Source: Hyaloraphidium curvatum SAG 235-1 (lineage: Eukaryota > Fungi > Monoblepharomycota). From it: 64,000 bases of DNA. Below are positions 12,779 through 23,474 of the stretch, in pieces. The notes below the pieces were generated by a model that saw nothing but the letters and a program-made list of their open reading frames with translations, made no database searches and was not told where the DNA came from. The DNA lies in the NCBI GenBank assembly GCA_025558095.1, contig JAIVFI010000033.1, positions 186,001-250,000 of the forward strand, written 5' to 3'. A program made the translations under genes and the position numbers. Positions within the stretch are counted from its first letter, which is position 1, and every line of letters begins with the position of its first letter.

Positions 12779-13707
12779 ATGGCCCGCCTGGACGCGTCGC
12801 AGCTCGCCTTCTACCGCGAAAACGGCTACCTCCTCCTCCCCGGCCTGCTCACCCCCTCCGAAGCCGCCTCCCTCCGCGCCGAATCCCACGCGCTCATCGC
12901 GCGCCTGCGCAGCGCCGGGAGCGGCGACGTCGAGGCCGCGTGGCCGGCTGCGCGCAGGATGAAGGAAGCGGCGCCGGGCGGTGCGAGCGTGCTGCACTGC
13001 CACAACGTGCAGTTCCAGTCCGCGGCGCTGGGGAGGTTGCTTTTCGACGAGAGGTGGACGGGGCCGGTGGCGGACATCATGGGGACCGGGAACGTGCAGC
13101 TGCACCGTGGGTTCCTTGCCGTCGGCTTGCCTGGCCTTCTCCTGATCGTGCCTGCTGCTGGTCCGGCCGCCTGCCTCCGGTGATCGCGGTTCCAGACAAC
13201 AAGCTGTTCATCAAGCCCCCGTCCATCGGTTCCCCTTTTCCCGTTCACCAGGATTATCCGTTCTTCCCGCACGACCGGCACTCGATGCTCGCCGTCGTCT
13301 TCCATTTCGACGACGCACCCCCGGAAAAGGGACCCTTCCGGGTCTTTCCCGGCACCCACCTGCGCCCTCTCCCGCACCTCCCCGACGGCGGGCACCACCT
13401 CGACCCCGCGCACTTCCCGCTGGACCGCGCGGTCCCGATCCCGGCCAAGGCGGGGGACGTGCTGGTGTTCTCGTACCTGCTCGCGCACTGCTCCGGGCCC
13501 AACGTGTCGGACGAGGCGAGGACGACGCTGCTGGTGCAGGTCAGGGACCCGGAGGACCGGCCCACGGAGATGGTGCACCTGAGCAGGGGGCAGGGGATGA
13601 TGCTGCGGGGCGTGGACCCCAGGGCGGGCATGGAGTGGGGACCCCGGGCAGCGCCGGCGCAGGGGGGGATGGGGATGGGCTCGGTGCCGGCGTCGATGCG
13701 CGGATAG
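12779..13707 (+). CDS. Phytanoyl-CoA dioxygenase (PhyH) family Fe(II)/2OG dioxygenase (intron 13107-13195)
   Basis: FYRENGYLLLPGLL, HQD motif (VHQDYP), AGDVLVF...LAHCSGPN.S...R. Confidence 0.88.
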
Positions 13708-13752
13708 CTCCGCTCCCTGCAGCAAGAAACTCCGATTCCGCGCGCCGGCAAA

Positions 13753-15158
13753 TCACATGCACACGTCCTTCCTCTCGTCCTCCTCCTCCATCCGTGCCGC
13801 CCCCGGCCCCGGCCACGCCGTCCGCCGCACGTACCCCCACAGCACGCTCCCCGCGCCGAGCCCCCCCGCGGCGGCGAAGAACACGCCGACGTTGAAGCTC
13901 ATTACGATCAGCATGAGGAGGTAGGACCACGCCGGCGCGGCGGTGCCCAGGACGAAGCGCGCGGCGTCGCGGCCGAGCCCGCGGGGCCAGTACGAGCCCG
14001 GGGGGAGCGGGGCGAGGTCGAAACGGCGCTCGGCGAGGGAGCGGAGGAGGTGCAGGCCGTCGGAGACGAGGCCCATGAGGAAGACGGCGACGAGGGAGAG
14101 GGCGTACTGCCACGCGTTGCGGGGGACCCAGGTCTCGAAGGCGAAGTACGTGTTGATGTTGGTGCTGCAACGCTGTGGTGAGCGGACAAACATTGGGGTA
14201 TCGGGCCGGGGACTCACTGGAAGTACATGAGCATGGGCGGCGTGTCGAGCTGGCTGCCCGGGATGGTTGGCGGTGGGACCGTCGTGTCCTGCCCGCCCGT
14301 GAAGACGCCGGTGCAGTAGGGCGAGCTCGGCGTGCCCGTGCACATCGTCTGCCGCACCGACCGTGAGCAACGGACCCGCGCGCAGCGGGACAACCCACCT
14401 TCCACGCCGTGCACTGCGACATGCCCGGCATCTCCCTGCAGCTCGCCGACCAGTCCGCCAGCACGTCGCAGTCCAGCATCTTCCCCCCCGAGTCGGCGTA
14501 CGACGGGCACAGGTCGCAGCTGGCCATGTTGGGCATGGCGAAGCACACGGAGATGTACTGCCCCTGCACCTTCATGTGCTCCAGGCTGCCGTTCTCCAGC
14601 GGCGGCGCGGCGCACGCGTGGATCCGCGTGCCGTTGCCGCAGTAGGCCGCGAACGAGGCGCAGCCCGGGGTGCCCGCCGCCGAGGGGTCCCTGCACGCCG
14701 TGAGCAGCAGGGTCCAGGCGTCGCAGTAGCCGGCGGGGAAGTAGGCCGGCGTGGCGCGGCACTGCGCCGACAGCGAGCACGCGGGCAGGCGGGGGAGCGC
14801 GCCGCACACGGCGGACAGGTCGGCTGCGGCGCGGTCGGCGGGGTACACGAACGCCGCGCACGCCATCGACGTGGGCTGCGGGCGCCGGGTCGGGGAGCGG
14901 GTGGCCAACGGGGGGGAATGGGAGGCACCATCGGGGCCGCACCCGGCGGGCAGTCAAGCGGCGGGTTAACGCAGATTAAGCCGGGATTAGGCGGGATTCG
15001 GGGAGGGAGAGCGGTCAGACGGGGGCCAAAGGCGGCGGCGGCGGCCGCACCATCTGCCGGCACGGCTCGACGAGGTCGGCCTGCGCGGCCGCCGGCGCCG
15101 CGAGGGCCGGCAGGAGCGCCGCCGCGAGCAGCAGCGCCCGCGCTCGTCGGGCGCCCAT
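13753..15158 (-). CDS. CTR-family copper transporter with signal peptide and Cys/Met-rich ectodomain (3 introns)
   Basis: MxxxM in TM2 (YLLMLIVMSFN), GxxxG in TM3, MLMYF before TM1, C-terminal Cys; ectodomain motifs CFAMPNMASC and CREMPGMSQC. Confidence 0.88.
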
Positions 15159-15511
15159 CGCGGGGCGGGTGGGATGGGGGTGAGTTGTCGGCGGGGGCGG
15201 AGCGTCGGAGGTGCGCCTGGGCCGCCGGCTCGATCGCCTGCCGCATGCACCCGATGGGGCTTGCTGCACGTCGGGTTCGCTCTGATCGGCCTCGGAACGG
15301 TGCGATCCGATGCTTTGCTTGCTGGAATGATGCGCCGAGGGGCGGGCAGGCGGAGAGAGACACGAGGCATGACCGGGCGAAAAGCTCTCGCGGGGTCCCC
15401 GGCTGGCGTGGAAGCCCCTCTACGGCAACACAGCGACGTGATGCCACTGCTAACAATCGATTGATTCCCAAGCAATCTACTTCGCCGCATCAGGAATGTA
15501 CGCCGATCGTC

Positions 15512-16901
15512 TCACTTTCCCGGCTCGGCCGCGGTGGACCCGGTGCCCTCGGACGACCCGGCCCCCTCGGACGACGCCGCGCCCACCGACACCCCGCCGT
15601 CCTCCGAACCCCCCCTCGTCGCCTCCTCCGACCCGGCATCGCCATCCACCTTGGCTGGGGGCGCCTTGGCATCCCCTTCGGGGCCATCCACCACCACCAC
15701 CTGCACCCCCTTCTTGCTCGCCTTGAGCCGCACGACGGCGTCCGCGAGCCCCCACGCCTCGCCGCCGACGAGCCACGCGAGCACCCACGACGCGCCGATG
15801 AACAGCGCGGGGTAGAAGGTGCCCTCGGGCAGCTGGTAAATGGAGCCGTAGCGGAGGAACCCGAGGACCAGCGTCGGCACGGCGGTCAGAAGCGCCAGCA
15901 GCCCGATTGAGCGGTGCAGCGTGTTGCGCAGCGGCCTGGGTGCGCCCGTGGCGGTGCGCCGAACGTGGATGTACCACCCCAGGGCGGCCTGCAGGAGGGA
16001 GAGGAGGACGAAGGCGAGGCCGAGGGCGGCGTGGGGAGTGTTGAACTGGGTGCGGCCCGAGAGGGCGACGTAGGCGACGCCGAGGGCAAGGCCGAGCAGA
16101 GTGAGGCCGAGGGCGGCAAAGAGGATGTACCACTGTGGGGCACGATGATGGGGACGTCAGTGGAGAAACCGACCTCCCGCTCGAAGTACCCACGTGCGAG
16201 GCGAACCTGACCCTCCTGTACCGCGCCACCCACGCCCCCACGGGCGCCAACCCCACCCACGCCACGAACATGATCACCGCATGCGCCACCAGCACCGCAT
16301 TGTTCGGATCCGCGGCCTGGAGGTCCGGCTGCCCGCTCCCTCCGCCCCCCGCCGACTCCCCCCCCTCGGACGGCAGCAGCTCGAACCGCATGCTCTCGTG
16401 CGCGTCGTGCATCCCCAGGTCCTCGTCCACGCCTGCGTCGCGCGGGGGCGGCGGGCCGTACCGCCACGCCCAGGCGTAGTCCCGCACGCCGCGCACGAAC
16501 GGCTTGTCCATCGGGTCGGCGGTCACCAGCGGCCGGCGGAAGTGCACGAGCATGCTGCCGTCTGCGTTGACGGCCGAGTCGGGCAGCAGCTCGATGTCCT
16601 GCGAGGCGTCGACGGCGGGCGCCGAGAAGGAGCGCGAGAAGCGGTCCGACGCGCGCACCGCGCCCGGCCCGCCGGCTGCCGGGTAGAACGCCAGCTGGTC
16701 GGCGTCGGGCATCGACGCGCCGATGGCGAGCGAGAGCCACCAAACGCCGGCCGGAACACGCACGACGACGTCGGCCGCCCCATCCGACACGGTGCCCGTC
16801 ACGCACAGCGCGGGCAGCACCGCGGAACAGAAAGTGCCCGCCATGGCCGGGGTGGCGCCGGCCGCGGCCATGAGGCCGGCTAGCACTACACGGGCCCGCA
16901 T
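15512..16901 (-). CDS. DOMON + cytochrome b561 membrane reductase (signal peptide; 1 intron)
   Basis: DOMON Met (ASMPDAD) and His (GMHD); four b561 His after splicing (VAHAVIM, FASHW, TPHAALG, TLHRSIG). Confidence 0.85.
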
Positions 16902-17101
16902 CGCTGGGGAGGGGCCTGGGGGAACGCACCGCCACTCCGAAGCCCTGTCTGCCGCTCTGCAGCTTCCGATCACGCACAGCAACCTGGCAAAGCATCAAAC
17001 GGCCAGGGCATGGAGCTCTGTTTAGATAGCCAACGACACCATCCGCCAAAGGACCAAAGAGAATAGAGCCTGCCCGAAAGATCCCATCTCTGCCCCTACC
17101 C

Positions 17102-20100
17102 TCACCGCCCCCTGTTCCCCCGGTCGCCCTTGGGCCCCGCGCGGATCTGCGCGACGCTCTCCTTCATCGGCCCCAGGAACTTGGCCACCTGCGGGCACTC
17201 CTCGGCCACCAGCTCGTCGAACAGCTTGGGCGTCACCCTGCGGGCCGAGGGGGTCAGCGTCGCACCGCATCGTGCTTGCGATCGAGCTCACCATCGGCCC
17301 TGCACGTGGTGCGCGCCGATAAGGATGTCCACGTCGGGGCTGTCCGACCGTGCGCCGACGGGGTTCACCCCGATCGACCGCGCGAGCTTCGTCCTGCAAC
17401 CGTCGGCACGTCAGCTTCCTTGTCTCCAGCTCCGCATCGGAACGACCCACCAGTTGACCCACCCCGTCTCCCGGTCCCACATCACCACCGCGTTCAGCCC
17501 CGGCACGGTGTACATGTACGCCCGCACCGTGCGGCCCTTGCCCGCGCCCGAGACCTCCTCGATCTCGGAGCGGAAGTTCCTGGCTGACGTCCCCGCCGGC
17601 GGCTCCGTGCCGCGCGCCGCGGGCCTGCTGCGGGCGGCCCGGCGGCGCGGCGGCTCCGAGGACTCCGAGGTGGACGAGGAGGAGGGGGAGGGGGAGCGAG
17701 GGGGGCGGGCGGGGAGGGAGGTGCCGCGCTTGCGCGGGGGAGGGGAGGGGGATGGCGTCCGCACGCGCGGTTTGGGCGGCGGGATCTTGGCCGCGGGCTT
17801 CTTGGCCGCCGCGCCGCGGGGTCCCTTGGCCGGCTCGGGCTCCGATTCGAAGAAGGCCTCGACGGCGCCGCGGAAGTTGGCCATCAGCTCCGGCGTGGGC
17901 TCGAAGCTGCCGTAGACGCCGATCATGCCCAGAAACTCCTTGGTCCGGTCCGCCGGGTCCCCCGAGATCTCGGCCACCATGCTGCGCAGCGGGCTCGAGG
18001 TGCCCTTGCCCATCTGGTCGTGCACGAGCCGGGCGAACCGGTACCCCTGCTCCCACATGTGCGGCATCTTGATGCACTGCCGGAGGAACTCCATGAGCGT
18101 CGACACGTCGGGCTCCACCTTGGGCAGCTCGGGGACGACCGAGGCAGACGGTGCCCTGCCGCGCGGCGCGGCGGTCCGCCCGCGGGGGCGGATGACCACG
18201 GGCGCGTCCTCGTCCTCCCCTTCCTCGGGGCTCGAGCTGTCGAGCTCGACGTCGGCGCGGGCGCCGCCGCCGGGGGTCCGCGTCAGCGCCGCGCGCTTGG
18301 GACGCCGGGCGACCGCTTCGTCCTCGGAGGAGGAGGCCTCGGCGTCCCTCTTGCGCCGCGCGCCCTTGGCAGCGGCGGGCGACGGGCCGGCCTTGCCTTT
18401 CGGTTGTTCGGCCCCGGTCCGCCTGCGCTTGCTCGCCGGCGCGGGAACCTCGGGCGACGACCCGTCCGAATCGGTGCTCACGAGGTCCTCGTCGTCGGAA
18501 ACGGCGGGCTTGGGACGGCGCAGCCCGTTGGCCTGCTCCTTAGGCCTGCCGTTCGCCAGCTCTTTCGGCTTCCCGTTCGCGAGCTCCTTCGGCTTGCCGT
18601 TCGCCTGCTGCCTAGCAAACCCGGCGCCGCCCTTGCCAGCTCCCTCCTGGTCAGAGCGGGCGTGTCAGCCCGTGAATCAACCTACGATGCCAGGCGGTGC
18701 CCACCTCCGTCTTTGCCTCCACGGGCTGCACTCCGTTCTGGCCGCCTTTCTCCTCGCCGTCCTCGTCCTGCAGGACCCACTCGGCGGGCGGGGCGCCGAT
18801 CTCGATGGGAGCATTTTGGTAGCTGGGCCCCTTGGGGTAATTGACGTCGTGGACGGCTGCATCCCGGCGATGTCAGCGGCGCACGTTTTCGCGCCCCGGC
18901 GCACGCGACCCACCGAGCCCGGGAACCCCGTCCAGGTGCGGGAACCAACCCGCCAGTATCACCACGCCCTCGGGCACGGGGTACTTTGCGAAGCTGGCCT
19001 GGCGCGACCGCATGCACGCGATGCAGTTGCAGTCGTCCCGGCAGCGGGGGCACTTCCACGTGCGCCCGCGGCGGCGGCACTCGCCGATCTTCTCGGCGAA
19101 GCGGTTCCAGAGGCAGGCGGAGCAGAGCTTGGTCTCGCAGTGCGGGCACGCGATCCAGTCGGTCTTGGCGCTCTTGCAGGCGTGGCACATCTTGGGCTGC
19201 GGCTGAAGAGGGAAGGAATGAATCGCCAGGCGGATGCAAAGCCCGCGAAGTGTCTCCCACCTTTTGCAGGGAGAGGTGCAAGGAGTACGCAGCAGTCGCT
19301 GCGCTGGGTATCGGCAGCTCCTGGACGAAGCTTCGAAAGGAATAAGAACTCCAGCACCGAGCACCTCCAACAGACGCGAGAACGCACTTGTACAGCTTGT
19401 CCAGCGGGTTCGGGAGCGGGTGCAGCCTCACGGCCTCGTCCAGGATCACATCGCTGCCCGGCTCCCCTGCCATCCTCTGCAGCTCGTCCAGCGCGGCGTT
19501 GTAGATCTCGTGGAAGCGGTGGAGGTACTTGCGGAGGCGGAAGATGAGGAGGTAACCCTTGAACTGCATCTGGGCCGGGTGCGCGCACGAGCGGCCGAGC
19601 ATGTAGCAGTTGCTGCACAGGTCAAAGTGGCGTTCGGATCCGCCGGGCGACGTAGCGCGGTCCTTGCCCCCGCCGTCCTCCGCCCCCGCTCCCGCGCTCC
19701 CGTCCTCTTCGCCGCCCGGCGGGCTGCAAATGACGCAGGTCCACCCGCGGTTCCAGATGTCGCAGCGGCAAAAGTCGCAGGTCCGCGAGTGCGGGTCCTC
19801 CTGGTGCTCCGGCCACATGTCCACCGCGTCGCAGTCCATGTTGGGAAAGTCGCCGTGCTTGTTGGCCACGAGCTCGTCGCGCACCATCTCGGTCAGCAGC
19901 GGGAGGAGGATGGAGAGGCTTTCGACCCAGTGGAGGAGATCCTTGAGGCAAGGAGAGGGCGCGTCCGACGGCGGCGACGTGGAAACGCGCGTGCCGTCGG
20001 AGGGAGAGGAAGCATCGCGCAGCATGAACGGCTTGCACCACTTGTAGACCTTCTCGGCGATGGTTCGAGTGGCAAAGTAGATCTGCGCGCTGACCCTGTA

Positions 20101-21290
20101 GATTTCGGGCTGTTGCATGGCCGATGTTAGCGTTGAACGAAAGCTTCGGCGCCCCTGCGTTCACCTTGAGCACCGCACGATACCGAGGCAACACCTCCCG
20201 GTAGGACACCCTCAAGCTGTCCGCCGTGGTGCGGTTCCAGGAAATCTTGAGGTTGAATCCGGGGCTCTTCGCTTCTCCCTCCTCACCCGCGTTCTTGCCC
20301 CCGACATTGAGCACCTGGTGGGCGCAGTCGGGAGGCAGGATGACAAAGTCCCCTTTCCGCTGCTCCAGGACAAGGATCGGAACGCCGCGCGATCCCTGCT
20401 GCTTCAAGGTTTCGATGGGGCAGAAGTAGTTGTCCAGATGAAGTGAAGCTTTCTGGCCTGGCATTTCGGCAGTCAGTTTCCGCAGACAACTGGAATGCTT
20501 GCAAATCGTGAAGACGTACTGCGCCAGATGTCCTCCGCTTTGTGTTTGTCGTTGGCCTCGAAAAGAAACCAGAGCGCGTAGGCTCCGGGGTCGGTGTGGA
20601 GCATGAGGTTGTGACCAAGGCTGGAGTTCGATCAGTAATGGAACAGAGCGTGAGCACGCAGCTCGAAAAACACCTTCCGCCGATGTCGTAGTGGCCGGGA
20701 GTGAAGGTTCCGTCCCCTCCTCCGTACAGCATCAGGTTCACGGGCTGGAGCTTCTCCGGGAGGTAGTGGGCAAAATCGTGCGGCCCCAGGTACTGGAGAT
20801 AGGGCGGAAGAATGTCCCTCAGGTGGTCCTCGAGCTGCTTGGGACATGTCATGTCCTTGGCGTAGAGCACCGACGATTCCGGAGTCCCGGGCGGCCTGGT
20901 CCCGTTGCGCAGATGGTCCACGACGCTCGAGAGCGTGCCCGCAACGTAGTCCTCGGCCGACGTCACGTCGCGCAGGCTCGCCGGAATGTCGGCGCAGTTG
21001 TCGACGAGCCACTGGGGGTCCGCGAGTGCCGGGTCCCAGCCAAAGTACTCGAGCGCGTTGGAGAGCACGATGGGCAGGCCCTTCTCCATCACGTTCTCCT
21101 TGACGATCTTGATGACGTCGTCGCGGGTCATGTCCAGCCTCAGCTCGAAGCGCGGCGCGTGGCGGAAGTGGTCGTGCTGGCCGACCAGCTCGTCCGCCGA
21201 CGGCACCGCGTCCGTGCTCGGCACGTGCGGCGTGAAGTTGGGCTGCCGCCCCGCAAGGCGGACCTTTTTCCCGCGCCGCGTTCCCTCCAT
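17102..21290 (-). CDS. JmjC-domain protein with Cys-rich zinc fingers (zf-4CXXC-like) and C-terminal APSES/KilA-N-like domain; multi-exon
   Basis: YAKDMTCP, TPGHYD (HxD), QRKGDFVILPPDCAHQV; CDFCRCDIWN; CHAC..CPHC..LCSACL..WKCPRCRDDCNCIAC; VMWDRETGWVNWTKL...VQGRWV. Confidence 0.82.
18527..18612 (-). repeat. 24-bp coding repeat (ANG(K/R)PKE(L/Q)) in the JmjC gene linker
   Basis: Three to four imperfect copies of gttcgc(c/g)agctc(t/c)ttcggctt(c/g)cc on the + strand. Confidence 0.7.
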
Positions 21291-21926
21291 CCCGCCCCCT
21301 GTGCCAAGAAGGGAGTGAGCAAGGTGACAGGCACGCGGTGTCTCCGTTGACTGACGTTCGATCACGCCCTCACTCCCCAATCCTTGCAGACACAGCGTAT
21401 CGGTGGGGCGGATGGCGGATGATGAAGGAGCTGTTTCGCTTCGACCGGATGAGAAGGCTAGCTTGGTGTATTTGCATGTACATCTAAGGAGTCTCCCATG
21501 ATTTCGCGCTTCGGTCGTGCTTGATTGAGTCCCGTGACCTGTGATGGAGCAGCGGTCGACTTCCCTTAGTCCCCAGATCTTGAACTTGACTCCGTTCCCG
21601 CCGAGTCCGTCGCTCGCGGGCCTTTTCAGCCGGCTTCTGCAGTTTCGCGGAAGTAGCGGCACGCGGCGACAACCGCCGCCGCCGGAAATGACGCGCGCCG
21701 CGCGCTTGACGACTCTGAACACTTCGCCCCGCGCGGGCCGTTCCCCCACGGACACGCTGCCGCCGCGCCGCCCGGCGCCCGCACTGCCGCGGTAGCACGC
21801 ACTCGAACTCAGACTCTGCCGCGGACCGCACATCCGCGCTCGCCGAGAACCCTCGGGCTGTACATACTCCTCGCCACACTTTAGCACCGATACCCTCTTT
21901 GTCGACTTAGTTGCCCGGAAACAGCG

Positions 21927-23171
21927 ATGGCCTCGGCGGTCTCGCACGCGCACGACGCCGCGCCGTCGGCGCACCGCCTGCCCGACCGGCCCAGGGCCCC
22001 GCAGAAGCAGCCGGCGCCGCACGCCACGCCGGGCAGGACTCCCGCCGAGAAGCCAGGCGGCGGCGCCGCCGCTTCGGATAAGAAGCAGAAGAATGGACAG
22101 GCCGGCCAGGCGGGCCGCGCTGCGACACCGACGCTGCGGCCCGGCGGGGCCAAGCCCGCGAAATCTCTGTCGGACCCCGAGTCGCCCTCGAAGGACGCCG
22201 CTGGGCGCAAGAAGACGCCAGCCAAACCCAAACCGGCACAGACAGCGGACGAAACGGGCAATCGTGCCTCGGGAAAGCCGCCCGCAAACGGCGGCCGCAG
22301 CGGGGCCGGCCGCAAGGGTCACAACCGATCCTCCTCCTTTTCTGCCGGTACCGGCATTCCCGAACTCGACGCGCAAATCGCACGGCAGAACCAGGCCTCC
22401 AACCCGAACCATAATGCGGCTGCCGCGCATACGATTCCCCCCGTGCCGCCCGGCTTCAGCGCTGGAACAGGCATCCCAGAACTGGACATGGAGATTGCAC
22501 GCGCACAAGCGCAGGCCTCCACTTCGATGCCCTCGTCGTCGACCCCGGTCAAGCAGCCGCGAGCACCGGGTCCCGCAAAGTCGGCGACCGTCTCGGGCAA
22601 GTTCGACCACTTTTACGCGGCCGGCACCTGGACCAACTCCCCCGCGCCATCTGCGCTTCCTATCCCTGCCTTCAAGCGGGAAGGGGGCACTCCCAAACCA
22701 TCTCCCGATGCGGACGGCTCCCCGCTATTTTCTTCGGACCCCGCGGGCCGGAGCCCCGAAATGCGCGCAGGCACTCCAGGCAGCCGCACGCGCCTCGTCG
22801 ACGACGCCTTCAACCCCTTTGCCCCCGGCCCGTCCGCCCCCGCGGCGCCGCAAACCTCCCCCGCCATGTTCCACATGGAAATCGACGCCCCCGCCGCCCC
22901 GCGCACGGACCTCTCGGACCGCGAGCGCGCGGAAAAGTCGCTGCAGCTCATGAACCTCCTGCAATCACCCGCCCCGCAGGCGGCCCCCTCCCCCGCGAAG
23001 CCCCACCCGCTCGTGGAGATGTGGGACCGCGAAGCGTCGTCGTCCGCTGCCGCAGCTCCGGCTCTCGGGCCGGTGCTCGTGCCGCTCGTAACCCAGCCTC
23101 CCCCGCCCAAGAAGGATCCCTCGTTGGACGATGCCACTGGAGCGCTCAAGAGCCTCCTCAGGATTTCTTGA
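21927..23171 (+). CDS. PNRC/Edc1-type mRNA decapping co-activator (disordered, Pro-rich)
   Basis: YAAGTWTNSPAPSALPIPAF resembles the YAGxxF..SP.PS.LPxP motif; C-terminal LKSLLRIS helical Leu-rich motif as in PNRC proteins. Confidence 0.75.
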   Translation: MASAVSHAHDAAPSAHRLPDRPRAPQKQPAPHATPGRTPAEKPGGGAAASDKKQKNGQAGQAGRAATPTLRPGGAKPAKSLSDPESPSKDAAGRKKTPAKPKPAQTADETGNRASGKPPANGGRSGAGRKGHNRSSSFSAGTGIPELDAQIARQNQASNPNHNAAAAHTIPPVPPGFSAGTGIPELDMEIARAQAQASTSMPSSSTPVKQPRAPGPAKSATVSGKFDHFYAAGTWTNSPAPSALPIPAFKREGGTPKPSPDADGSPLFSSDPAGRSPEMRAGTPGSRTRLVDDAFNPFAPGPSAPAAPQTSPAMFHMEIDAPAAPRTDLSDRERAEKSLQLMNLLQSPAPQAAPSPAKPHPLVEMWDREASSSAAAAPALGPVLVPLVTQPPPPKKDPSLDDATGALKSLLRIS

Positions 23172-23474
23172 TCCACGTGCGCAAGTCTCGCACGATTAGC
23201 GGATTTGCGGAGCGGGACAAGTCGCCCGCCTTCAGACCCTTCTTTCTTTCGCACCGCAGTTGCCGCGTCAAGCTTCCGGCATCCACGTGCTTTTCGGGAC
23301 GGTCAAGCTCTCCGGTCCCCTTTTTGAACACACCCGCGTGCCAAGTGCTTAAGTTGCGGGGGCCATAACGATTCCCGGGTGAATGTGCGGACTATCTATG
23401 GCAGGTATCTTTCAGTGTACAGGCCTCTTGAATGGATCGCTTCTCCCGGGAATACCGTTTCGCACTCTTGTCCG

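Noticed and set aside
20283-22610. 775-aa minus-strand ORF, and other long ORFs such as 7017-8375, 14363-15910, 17925-19547, 29952-31757, 56045-57562
   Set aside because: Antisense or alternate-frame shadows of real genes in high-GC DNA; only the part of 20283-22610 from 21290 downward is genuine JmjC coding sequence
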